The notes below the pieces were generated by a model. The model had not been told where the DNA came from. It worked only from the letters and a program-made list of their open reading frames with translations, and did no database searches. From a virus: 64,000 bases of DNA. Positions 35,057 to 43,890 of the stretch are shown here, one piece after another. Positions within the stretch are counted from its first letter, which is position 1, and each line of letters begins with the position of its first letter. The stretch is from the IMG/VR virus record IMGVR_UViG_3300010430_000022, positions 1 to 64,000 of that record; one strand, 5' to 3'. Position numbers and translations under genes: made by a program.

Positions 35057-36745
35057 GTGTATCAAGCACATACGCTACTGATCCTCGAAGACCTACTTGG
35101 GTCTCGGACCTTTCGTCGACTCATCGAGGGCAAAGACCCTGCGCCTGATCCCGAGCGCCAGTCGCGCCCGGTCATTCCTCCACATCTCCGCACGAGCCAT
35201 GAGGAGGACACGCACCCAGCGATGAAGCTGCCGGGCCACAAGTTCCCTCAAGCAGTGCATGACGTCGCGCACTCCATCAAGAAGGCTGGTGGACGCGCGA
35301 TGATGGTCGGCGGCTACGTCCGCGATACGCTGGAGAAGCATTTCCATGGAGGGGACGAGCCCTCCAAGGACTACGACATGGAAGTCCATGGGATGCACCC
35401 AGATCACCTGGATAAGCACTTGGACTCCATCGGACGAGTGGACAGAGTCGGCAAGGCTTTCGGGGTGATGAAGCTCACACACAAGAAGCACGACTTTGAC
35501 ATCTCGATCCCCCGCCGAGACAACAAGGTCGGTAAGGGGCACAAGGGCTTCATGCCCGAGCCTGATCCGCACATGACCATTGGCGAGGCTGGTCATCGTC
35601 GGGACTTCACCATGAACTCGGTGGCGATGGACCCACACACTGGGCATGTCTACGACCCGCACCACGGCATCAAGGACATCAAGAGTCGGACGCTACGGGC
35701 TACAGACCCCAAAGCGTTTGCTGAGGATCCTCTGCGTATTCTGCGTGGCGCTCAGTTTGCCGCCCGCAAGAAGATGACGGTTCACCCACACACCATGAAG
35801 CTGATGCAGAACGCCGGGCACGAGCTAAAGGATCTGCCTCGTGAGCGTGTTGGTGTCGAGTGGAAGAAGCTTCTCATGAAGGGCAAGCACCCTGAGCACG
35901 GCCTAAAGGTCTTGCACGACTCGGGTGCGCTGAAGCATCTTCACCCTGAGCTTCATGCACTGACAGACCACCAACACGATCCGCACGATCACACGAAGGG
36001 CACTTCGTTTGAGCACACAGGTCGGGCACTGAGCCATGTTGTGCATGCGACTAAGGGGCTGCCCGATGACTCTCGCGAATCGATCCACCACGCCACGCTG
36101 ATGCATAACGTAGGGCGACCGGCAGGTACGGATGACCACGCTTCGGCTGGCTCAGCTATCTCTCGTTCTACTGGCAAGAGCCAGTTTGATCTGGAGAAGA
36201 ACGTCGCCACCAAGACTCATAAGCTCGTAGGCGAGCACGGTGCTCCTCACGAGATTCACGAGGCACACAAGCGCGGCGAGAACACAGACGCGCACATTCG
36301 CCATCTCGCTCACCGCCTAGGACCGTCGAAGCCAACGGCCCACGACGGCTCGTCTATTGGTGATCTTCTACACGTCGCTCACGCGTCACATGTGGCAGAT
36401 GGTAGTGGTGACCCTCACCACGCTGGTGACTTCTTGCGCAAGCGTGCCAAGGCACTTGGGGTTCACGACGGGCCTCAAGAGCGGCTTGTTACCGGCAAGC
36501 ACCTGAAGGCAGATGGTGTCAAAGGCGGACGTCGTATGGGAAGAGCCTTGGACCACGCCCACCAGAGGCAGTTGGATGGTGATGTCACTACTCACGAGGA
36601 GGCGAAGAAGGCTGCACTCGATCACCTCGCACACCTCGAACGTGAAGAGGGGCCTGAACAAGGGAAGAAGCAGAAGGTCAATCGTCGTAAGAAGCCTCCA
36701 TTGGCGGAGAACTACTCGCTCTACGCACGCGTCTTTAGTGCTTAG
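35057..36745 (+). CDS. cca: tRNA nucleotidyltransferase (class II CCA-adding enzyme) with degenerate HD domain, His-rich
   Basis: VGGYVRD, KDYDME (DxD), VGKAFGV, RRDFTMN, EDPLRILRGAQFAAR, ERV..EW.K; HD motif reads LMHNVGRP. Confidence 0.92.
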   Translation: MYQAHTLLILEDLLGSRTFRRLIEGKDPAPDPERQSRPVIPPHLRTSHEEDTHPAMKLPGHKFPQAVHDVAHSIKKAGGRAMMVGGYVRDTLEKHFHGGDEPSKDYDMEVHGMHPDHLDKHLDSIGRVDRVGKAFGVMKLTHKKHDFDISIPRRDNKVGKGHKGFMPEPDPHMTIGEAGHRRDFTMNSVAMDPHTGHVYDPHHGIKDIKSRTLRATDPKAFAEDPLRILRGAQFAARKKMTVHPHTMKLMQNAGHELKDLPRERVGVEWKKLLMKGKHPEHGLKVLHDSGALKHLHPELHALTDHQHDPHDHTKGTSFEHTGRALSHVVHATKGLPDDSRESIHHATLMHNVGRPAGTDDHASAGSAISRSTGKSQFDLEKNVATKTHKLVGEHGAPHEIHEAHKRGENTDAHIRHLAHRLGPSKPTAHDGSSIGDLLHVAHASHVADGSGDPHHAGDFLRKRAKALGVHDGPQERLVTGKHLKADGVKGGRRMGRALDHAHQRQLDGDVTTHEEAKKAALDHLAHLEREEGPEQGKKQKVNRRKKPPLAENYSLYARVFSA

Positions 36746-36920
36746 ACGGAGGCGCTCTGCACTTGATGTACGCCTCGGCAACCTCGTGGTAAGTTGTAGG
36801 GTAACCACGGGGAGATCGCGCTATGATGCGCCCGTAAGCCTAGCCTTGTTGATTCTGGTCCCACCGAAGGGAGGTGCGGAGGAAACGGCGGCTTGCGGAG
36901 GTCGTCGTTTCTTTCGTTCT
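36746..36920 (+). ncRNA. Candidate structured RNA/terminator region after cca
   Basis: Consecutive hairpins GAGGCG..CGCCTC, CCTCGTGGT..ACCACGGGG, and GAAACGGCGGCTT-GCGG-AGGTCGTCGTTTC (three G-U pairs) followed by a T-rich tail. Confidence 0.35.
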
Positions 36921-36934
36921 CGTAAGGTCCCCTC

Positions 36935-37606
36935 ATGAGCCATATCCCTAGCCTGCACGACCGGATCTTTGAGGGATTCTCCGACGACGTCAAGCACGCA
37001 CTGGCCGTCGGAATGCAGACACCCGAACGATTCGGTGGTCCACCCGAGAAGCCCAAGGAGCGTAAGAAGCCCAAGCCGACTCTGAAGAAGCCGACTCTGA
37101 AGAAGCGGCTCAAGAGGTTTGCTACGGACGCCGGCCGAGTCATGTTCCCTCGCAGCGAGGACGTGACCCTCTTCGACCAAGTTTTCACGGAGTCCGACAA
37201 GAAAAAGCTAGGTTTCGTAGGAAGCGTCAAGAAGATCGCCAAGGACGCCCACGAGTATGCGGATGTTTCAGATCCCACACACCCTTGGAATAAGATCCTC
37301 GTCACAGCGAAGAAGTGGTCTGACCAGGGCGGCGCGCTCGCCGGGAAAGATCAGGCGAAACCTCAAGCCAAACTTGAGAAAAAGGCTGGGTGGGGGTCTG
37401 AAGCCCTGAAACGTAAGAGTTCTTCGAAGGACAAGAAAAGCTCTAAATCAAAACACCCCATGAAGGTGCTCAGGAAGAGCATGCGGGATGCTCAACGCGA
37501 CCGCGACCGCGTCAGCCGTGGGGCTCAGGCGCCTCAGGGTGTTGGTCGCTCGAACCTAGGGGCCCCCGCAAAGACCACCTCGAAGCAACCTTCTGCCAAG
37601 AGGTAG
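36935..37606 (+). CDS. Lys-rich putative internal head protein (two modules)
   Basis: SLHDRIFE N-terminal motif and internal TLFDQVFTE. Confidence 0.6.
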   Translation: MSHIPSLHDRIFEGFSDDVKHALAVGMQTPERFGGPPEKPKERKKPKPTLKKPTLKKRLKRFATDAGRVMFPRSEDVTLFDQVFTESDKKKLGFVGSVKKIAKDAHEYADVSDPTHPWNKILVTAKKWSDQGGALAGKDQAKPQAKLEKKAGWGSEALKRKSSSKDKKSSKSKHPMKVLRKSMRDAQRDRDRVSRGAQAPQGVGRSNLGAPAKTTSKQPSAKR

Positions 37607-37732
37607 CGGATCTTATTCCGATACCCCATAATCCACTTACTTTGGTGGCACTACTACTGATCCAATTCGGGTTCGTAACCTCTTTCCTCGCATGTAGAAT
37701 GAGGTAACCATCCGACTCGGCGGAGAGACCTC

Positions 37733-38101
37733 ATGGCGACAGGCAGCAAAACAGTCAAGTTTCAGGGCAGCTTCTCGGTGCATGACGCATCGAACGTCGC
37801 CTCTCCCAACAAGCCGATCAAGGATCTCACGCTCACCGTGGCGCAGGTTCAGTCGTCGGACCCGATGTGCATCGCTGGTGCTTCGGTGGACTTCCAAGTT
37901 CCGTTCGGTGCGATCACCGGCGCAAAGCGGATCTACATCAAGACTGACCAGTCGGTCACGATTAAGTTCAACCAGGACACTGATCTCGGGTTCTCCTGGA
38001 AGGGCGAAGGTGTGGTTCCTTCTGAGGACGGGATCACTGCGCTCTACATCACTACAGGTCCGAACGACACCAACGTCGAGATCGTTATCGCAGGAGACTA
38101 G
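37733..38101 (+). CDS. Hypothetical beta-rich virion protein
   Basis: GGAGAG RBS; TAGAAT at 37695. Confidence 0.6.
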   Translation: MATGSKTVKFQGSFSVHDASNVASPNKPIKDLTLTVAQVQSSDPMCIAGASVDFQVPFGAITGAKRIYIKTDQSVTIKFNQDTDLGFSWKGEGVVPSEDGITALYITTGPNDTNVEIVIAGD

Positions 38102-38103
38102 CC

Positions 38104-38469
38104 ATGGGCCCCACTCTCTACGTTGAACGCGAAACTATGCCCTCCGTCATTCCTGGCGAAGAGGTCATGGTCATTGCACGCAACAAGGGGTCGGAGAACG
38201 CGACGCCCAAGTTCTACATTGTGGGGCTGGCTCCTGGAACGACCTATGAGACGCGCACCGGTCAGGGTCCCATGGTCGACACGTTCCCGGCGACGCCCGG
38301 TTCGACCCTTGGTCGTGGTCAACGCCAGCACGTCGATTTTGGCGCGGCTGTCGCCGCCGATCACAACATCTACGTGCTGCGCTGCCTCACCGGGCGCCTT
38401 GCGGTGACCGTCGTGTCGCCGCATGAGGTTCAGATGCAGTTCCGCACCAGGGGGCGTGCAAGCGCATGA
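38104..38469 (+). CDS. Hypothetical protein (resembles the terminal parts of 38466..39149)
   Basis: LGRGQR...GRLAVTVVSP resembles VGRQER...GRLAVDLRSP in the next gene. Confidence 0.55.
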   Translation: MGPTLYVERETMPSVIPGEEVMVIARNKGSENATPKFYIVGLAPGTTYETRTGQGPMVDTFPATPGSTLGRGQRQHVDFGAAVAADHNIYVLRCLTGRLAVTVVSPHEVQMQFRTRGRASA

Positions 38470-39149
38470 CCGACCACCTTCATCCTCAGCGTGAGACCTA
38501 CCCGCTCGTCAACACAGACGACACGTTGGTCGCTGTATTCCGGCACCACATCGTGCCGGGCTCTCCGCCGGTTCTCTTTATGGAGGGCCTTGCGGCAACC
38601 GAAGCGCTCGTGAAGTGCAGTCGAACCCTCGACGACCGCTCTGGTCTTGTCGTGGTCGACTTCAGCAACGGTGCGCTCGCTACCATCACGATCATCGTGG
38701 ACGGTGGGGCGCCGACGGTGCTCACCGAGGGCACGGAATTCGACGCTGTGATCTCTAACGAGGAGACGGCCCTTCAGATCGCAGCCGCAATCAACACGGC
38801 GGCTGTCGGATTGACCGCCACCACCGAGACGGGTTCGCCGAACGTCTACATCACCCCAGACGCAAGCATCCGGACTTGGAGCGCTACCTCCAGCGACGCT
38901 ACGGCGTGGACCGAGTCCATCCTAGCTACACCAGGCACGTTGATCTCGGTAGGGCGCCAGGAGCGCACTGAGTTGGAGCTTCCCACTGGGACATCTGACG
39001 GCACCTTCCAGGTCGCGTTCCTTACGCTCTTCTCGGGCAGGCTCGCAGTGGACCTGCGCTCGCCCGTCGAGTGCCGCACTTACTTCCGCCAGCCGGCAAC
39101 GCTGAGCGGCAACACTGGTCACCCTGGCGGGTGGCCTACCACTCCGTAG
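38466..39149 (+). CDS. Hypothetical virion protein
   Basis: TA.QIAAAIN motif common in phage structural proteins. Confidence 0.55.
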   Translation: MTDHLHPQRETYPLVNTDDTLVAVFRHHIVPGSPPVLFMEGLAATEALVKCSRTLDDRSGLVVVDFSNGALATITIIVDGGAPTVLTEGTEFDAVISNEETALQIAAAINTAAVGLTATTETGSPNVYITPDASIRTWSATSSDATAWTESILATPGTLISVGRQERTELELPTGTSDGTFQVAFLTLFSGRLAVDLRSPVECRTYFRQPATLSGNTGHPGGWPTTP

Positions 39150-39164
39150 GTCTAGGGGAACGGC

Positions 39165-39998
39165 GTGACAATGGCGACTGAGTTTCAAACGTGGAAGAAG
39201 GCTGTAGAGATCCCTACGGATCGTCTCGTCTTCACTGACTGGAACTGTAACGAGATGAGCCAGGAGAAGCTGGCTCATCTCCAAGCAGAGATCGAGAACG
39301 ATGAGGATCCAGAGGATCCTCATTTCGACGAGCCACTTCAGGTGATTCCGATTGCGGAGTCCGAAGGAAAGTTCCTCGTCGTAGGTGGTGAGCACCGCAC
39401 CAAGATCGCTCGCTCGCTAGAGATGCCAGCAGTCCCATGCGTGATCCGCAACGATCTGTCGAAGATGTCCAGGAAGGATCTGATCCTCTGGTCGGTTCGT
39501 CGCAACAACCTTCGTGGTCGAATCAACGCAACCAAGTATGCCGAGATGGAAGCCGAACTGGTTAACCACCACGGCATGACCTCTGAGGCAGCGCGGCGGT
39601 CCATGCTGATCGACGGTGACCTGGCCAAGGCGCTTCGGGCGACTCTGGCAGTCCGGGCGAACGAGAACAACGAGTCAGACGATGGGCACGACGGTAAGCG
39701 CCAGTTCGGCGACGACGTGGCAGACGCTCGTGAGGATCGACGCTCCAAGGAGGAGCTTCTCTCGGCGCTCAAGATGGCCGAGCAGGACGTGCTCCTCGAC
39801 TCTGCCGATACCGTCAAGCATGGCTACCTGTTCTTCGCTCAGGGCAAGAACGGTCAGATGCATCTGGTCGTCGACGAATCCCTGGAGCTACACGCACTCA
39901 TCAAGCAGATGGTTTCCACCTGCAAAGGCAATGACGCGAAGGTCGACGACTTCTTGACCAACGCGATTAGCGCTCAACTGACCTCGGAGACAAAGTGA
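39165..39998 (+). CDS. ParB/Srx N-terminal domain protein
   Basis: WNCNEM, PLQV, VVGGEHR, VPCVI motifs. Confidence 0.8.
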   Translation: MTMATEFQTWKKAVEIPTDRLVFTDWNCNEMSQEKLAHLQAEIENDEDPEDPHFDEPLQVIPIAESEGKFLVVGGEHRTKIARSLEMPAVPCVIRNDLSKMSRKDLILWSVRRNNLRGRINATKYAEMEAELVNHHGMTSEAARRSMLIDGDLAKALRATLAVRANENNESDDGHDGKRQFGDDVADAREDRRSKEELLSALKMAEQDVLLDSADTVKHGYLFFAQGKNGQMHLVVDESLELHALIKQMVSTCKGNDAKVDDFLTNAISAQLTSETK

Positions 39999-42900
39999 TG
40001 CAGGCACAGATGAACAGAACCCGTGCTACTCACAGCCGCCCCTCGATGAACATGTGGGAGTGGTTCGACATGTGGGCCCTCTATGAGGAGGTCACGCGTC
40101 GCTTCGGTTCGAGGAACCTGTTCGAGGATGAGGACGAGGAGGATTACTCGGACGAGGAGAAAGCGAAGCATCACGACTTCTACGTGAAGCACTTCAATGA
40201 GGTGCTCCACAACCACAACAGGATGTCTGCCAAGGACAGCAAGGATCGCTTGGCGCAGGTTGGTCAGTGGGCGTCGGAGCCATCGTCGAAGGTCGACATC
40301 AGGGCCGGACTGCGTCCACGACAAGGACGAACCGAGCGGGGCAGGGTCGTCCCTGTGGGCAAGGACCCAGTAACCAAGAAGAAGCAATTCGTGAGCAGCG
40401 AAGCACCTGGCTTCGGCGAGAAGGCTCGCGACTTTCGTAAGCGTCGGAGCGAGTGGCACAAGGGTCTTCGCGCTGATGGTCACGATCTGAAGTCTGCTCA
40501 CTCGGCCGCCCAGATCGTGACCGCAGTGAGCGGTAGTAAGCACGGTCACATTCTGCTCAGGGCCGCGAAGTCTCTCGCAGGCGACCCGCACAAGTCACCT
40601 GAGCGTCACAGAGGCATTTCGAGCACGACGGCTAAGAGCGTGCCTGGTGGTGGCAAGACCTCGCCTGATGAAGATAAGCACTTCATCGGTGCCACGCTGA
40701 TGACGCGCCACGGAGAAGCGCAGTCGGCGCACACCAACGAAGAGACCAAGCGGCTCCACGCTCGGCTCAAGGCACGTCGCGATCACGCTGCTTCGAAGGT
40801 CGAACCACTGGAGCCACGCGGAGAGGAAGAAAGCGAAGAAGCCTGGGGGAAGCGTGCTAGCGCCCACGACTCCAAGGTCAATAAGGCTGAAAGTGATATC
40901 GAATCAAACGATAAGCACGGCTATGCCTCTATCTCGACCGATACGAATCACACAGAAGACCAGGTGAAGGCGCACCGCCAGCGCATCTACGGTAAGCGCG
41001 CTGGAGCACACCTCTCGCCGATTCGCGACCTGGCTAGACAGGCTATGGCTCACATCGAGCCTAAGAAGGACAAGGACGGGAACATCACTGGCCCCGGCGG
41101 CAAGCTGAGTCATGAGTGGGTTGCACGAGCAGCGAAGCAACTTGCGATTCAGCGTCGTAGCTCTCACGAGACAAGCAAGAAGGCGGACTCTTTCAGGAAG
41201 GCCGTCGACACCGGTCATCGTTTGGGCGGAGATGACGAAGACCAGGCGAAGGGGATGGCAGGGATCTCTCAGTCCTCCGGCAAGCTTGCCACTCGCGTGA
41301 AGACAGGTGAAACGGTCAATCCCAAGTGGCACCACCCTGCCTCAAAACGAGCCAAGGATACTGGCATCACCATGCGGGGGCGCGATGGTAGCCCGAGTGC
41401 CGAAGCGCACGAAGCAGCTAACAAGGCTCTAGGAGTAACAAGAAAGAGAGCAAGCATCGATATTGGAACGGCGATCAAGACGCTTACCGACAAGGGCCAC
41501 GACCCCAAGTCGATTGCCCGGTTGCTCCAACACCCACACGGACAAGTGATGCGGAGGCTGGCCGGCTTCTCACCTACTGGTGCCGAGAGAGGCGGCGGCG
41601 CGTCAGGCAAACGTGCTGGTGCGCGAGAGAAGCGCGATCAACAACCCGTCAAGTCTGCGATGCGCGCAGAGCGCGAGGCCAAGATCGCCAAGGGCAAGTC
41701 TCCTACTGAGGCCGTCAAGGCCGACCTTCACCGTCTCTATCCGAAGCGAGACGAGGTTGGAGAGGGGCAAGACGACGAGAATCCGACAGGATCCTTCGCA
41801 GGCCGCATCCACAAGATGTATCACGGCGAAAAGGACGCAAAGGGAAACTGGATCTCCCAGCCGATGCCTCACAAGAAGGATGTGCAGGCCGATGAGGAGC
41901 AGCCAGACAAGCTAGGCGTACGCATTACACCTGGCACGGCACGCGCTGGCTTCACCGCTGGCAGAAACATTTCAGGTGCGAGTCCTCTCGAACACCCTGG
42001 CAAGTTCGACGAAGAGGCCGCTCACAAGCAGCACGACGGAGACGAGAAGAAGATCGAGCACGCTCGTCGATCTCACGAGACGCGCCTGGACCGTTTCCAC
42101 GACAGGATGGCAGACAACCACGACGGTGTTCACAAGGCCATGGATAAGATCCTCGCGAACGTGAAGGATCGAAACCACCACCTGACTGTTCAGCATCGTG
42201 AACATCACGACGCACTCAAGCTCGCCAAAAACACAAACAACGAAAGGGATGTAGAGGAGCTAACGGCTCATGGCAAGAAGATGAACATCATGGATGACAT
42301 CATCGATCACCACATGAACCACGCTCAGCACGATCCTGACGTGAAGAAGGCTTTGGGCGGCTCTCTCGCTCGTGTTCGCTCAGGACTCACCAACATCCAG
42401 GCTCGTCTGCGAAAGCATGGTGAGCACTCTATGGCGGCTCGAATCCTTCGTGGGGGCGCATCGCAGAAGGCTCGTGGTGGTGAAGAGCGCGGTAAAGGTC
42501 GCCCAGGTGACCCACTTTCGCGTCAGCGCGTTCGCGTTCCCGGCAGCGAGTCTGGTGCCGGTGGTGACATCGAGTCTCCAACAAAGCACAAGCCTGAGCA
42601 GTACATCGAGCCGACTACACAAACCAGAAAGGTCAAAATGCGCACAGCGCGCGGCGAGCCTGCTGGTACCGCAAACAGGCCCGTGCCTTCCGTGGCGACG
42701 CGAATCCTCGACAAGAGAGCGCAGGCCGCTCGCACCGCCAGCGCTATGGCGAAGCATGCTGCGTCGAAGGCTGCTAAGGAAGCCGCGAAGAGTCGTGAGG
42801 ACGCCCAGGAGCGGGCAACTATGCAGCGACCTGGTGGCGCAGGTGGCCCAATTGGACCAAAGCCGATTCCTGGCGCCGATAAAGAGGCGGAGAGGCGACG

Positions 42901-43414
42901 AGCGCGCGGCGACGCTGCTATGGCGGCCAAGAAGTCTCTCGCTGATAAGGTTGCTGCTGCACCGTCTTCGAAGACGGGCAAAGTGGGAACACCAGAGACA
43001 AGCTCAACGAGTCCTGCAACCCAGGCTCGATACCGCACCTACCCTTCAAAGTCGACCCCAACAAGTCGCGCTCAGATCACACCAACAACCAGTGATTCAC
43101 CTCGGATTCAGGCGCCCTCCAGGCCGGAACCCGGAACACCAGGTGGTCGTAGGCCCGAGGGCGAGAAGAAGCTGGTTCGCGCCCGCCCAACGGGCAGAAA
43201 GGGCGAGTTCTACGTACAGCCCGCCTCGTCGCCGCGCAGCGCGCCTGGGCGTCTCGCTCGAAGGAAGAAAAAGAAGGAGAAGACTGAGGGAGAGAAGAAG
43301 ATGGACGCGCTCTTCAGGAAGCCTGACAACAGGGAAGAGTCTCTCTTCGTTCGTACGCGCCTCGTTATCAACGAGTCATCGTCGCTCCTCAATCGGACCC
43401 CTCTCTCCGTTTAG
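39995..43414 (+). CDS. Large basic His/Lys/Arg-rich putative internal head/ejection protein
   Basis: 1139 aa, low hydrophobicity; acidic N-terminal segment after NLFE; C-terminus SLFVRTRLVINESSSLLNRTPLSV. Confidence 0.65.
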   Translation: MMQAQMNRTRATHSRPSMNMWEWFDMWALYEEVTRRFGSRNLFEDEDEEDYSDEEKAKHHDFYVKHFNEVLHNHNRMSAKDSKDRLAQVGQWASEPSSKVDIRAGLRPRQGRTERGRVVPVGKDPVTKKKQFVSSEAPGFGEKARDFRKRRSEWHKGLRADGHDLKSAHSAAQIVTAVSGSKHGHILLRAAKSLAGDPHKSPERHRGISSTTAKSVPGGGKTSPDEDKHFIGATLMTRHGEAQSAHTNEETKRLHARLKARRDHAASKVEPLEPRGEEESEEAWGKRASAHDSKVNKAESDIESNDKHGYASISTDTNHTEDQVKAHRQRIYGKRAGAHLSPIRDLARQAMAHIEPKKDKDGNITGPGGKLSHEWVARAAKQLAIQRRSSHETSKKADSFRKAVDTGHRLGGDDEDQAKGMAGISQSSGKLATRVKTGETVNPKWHHPASKRAKDTGITMRGRDGSPSAEAHEAANKALGVTRKRASIDIGTAIKTLTDKGHDPKSIARLLQHPHGQVMRRLAGFSPTGAERGGGASGKRAGAREKRDQQPVKSAMRAEREAKIAKGKSPTEAVKADLHRLYPKRDEVGEGQDDENPTGSFAGRIHKMYHGEKDAKGNWISQPMPHKKDVQADEEQPDKLGVRITPGTARAGFTAGRNISGASPLEHPGKFDEEAAHKQHDGDEKKIEHARRSHETRLDRFHDRMADNHDGVHKAMDKILANVKDRNHHLTVQHREHHDALKLAKNTNNERDVEELTAHGKKMNIMDDIIDHHMNHAQHDPDVKKALGGSLARVRSGLTNIQARLRKHGEHSMAARILRGGASQKARGGEERGKGRPGDPLSRQRVRVPGSESGAGGDIESPTKHKPEQYIEPTTQTRKVKMRTARGEPAGTANRPVPSVATRILDKRAQAARTASAMAKHAASKAAKEAAKSREDAQERATMQRPGGAGGPIGPKPIPGADKEAERRRARGDAAMAAKKSLADKVAAAPSSKTGKVGTPETSSTSPATQARYRTYPSKSTPTSRAQITPTTSDSPRIQAPSRPEPGTPGGRRPEGEKKLVRARPTGRKGEFYVQPASSPRSAPGRLARRKKKKEKTEGEKKMDALFRKPDNREESLFVRTRLVINESSSLLNRTPLSV

Positions 43415-43423
43415 GAGCGAACT

Positions 43424-43801
43424 ATGGGCTATCTGACCGATAACATTCCGCTTGGAGAGAACTCTGCGTTCTGCCAAGACCTGTATGTCTATCGGATCAT
43501 CGTTCAGCCTGGCTCACTCTCTGACTCTGCGCTTTCATCCATCGTCAAAGACGAGATTCCTGACGTTGAGGAATGGCAATACTCTGGGCGACGTCGTTGT
43601 CCAATTGTTCCCAACCGAGGCAAGGCTAAGGGTATCCGGCGGGTGATCCATCCGGCTGGTTACGCACAGAACTCGCGCCGTGTTCGACCTTTCACTGAAG
43701 AGGTGACATACGCATTTCACACGAACGACCAGCGAAGTCAGATCGCTGCTCGTTTCGACGTGGAGCGCATCAGCTATAGGCTCGAAGATGAGCCGTCCTA
43801 A
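43424..43801 (+). CDS. Hypothetical protein
   Basis: AGGAG RBS, 125 aa. Confidence 0.55.
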   Translation: MGYLTDNIPLGENSAFCQDLYVYRIIVQPGSLSDSALSSIVKDEIPDVEEWQYSGRRRCPIVPNRGKAKGIRRVIHPAGYAQNSRRVRPFTEEVTYAFHTNDQRSQIAARFDVERISYRLEDEPS

Positions 43802-43890
43802 CCAGTGAGCTTGCTGTGATTCCATCACGGTTTGGCGTAAACTAGCTAGGATCAAGAGATTTGAGCCTTTAGGCTCTTGGGAGCAAAATC

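Noticed and set aside
36810-36890. Glycine-riboswitch-like words (GGAGA...CCGAAGG)
   Set aside because: The downstream CTCTCAGG element is missing and the gene context does not fit
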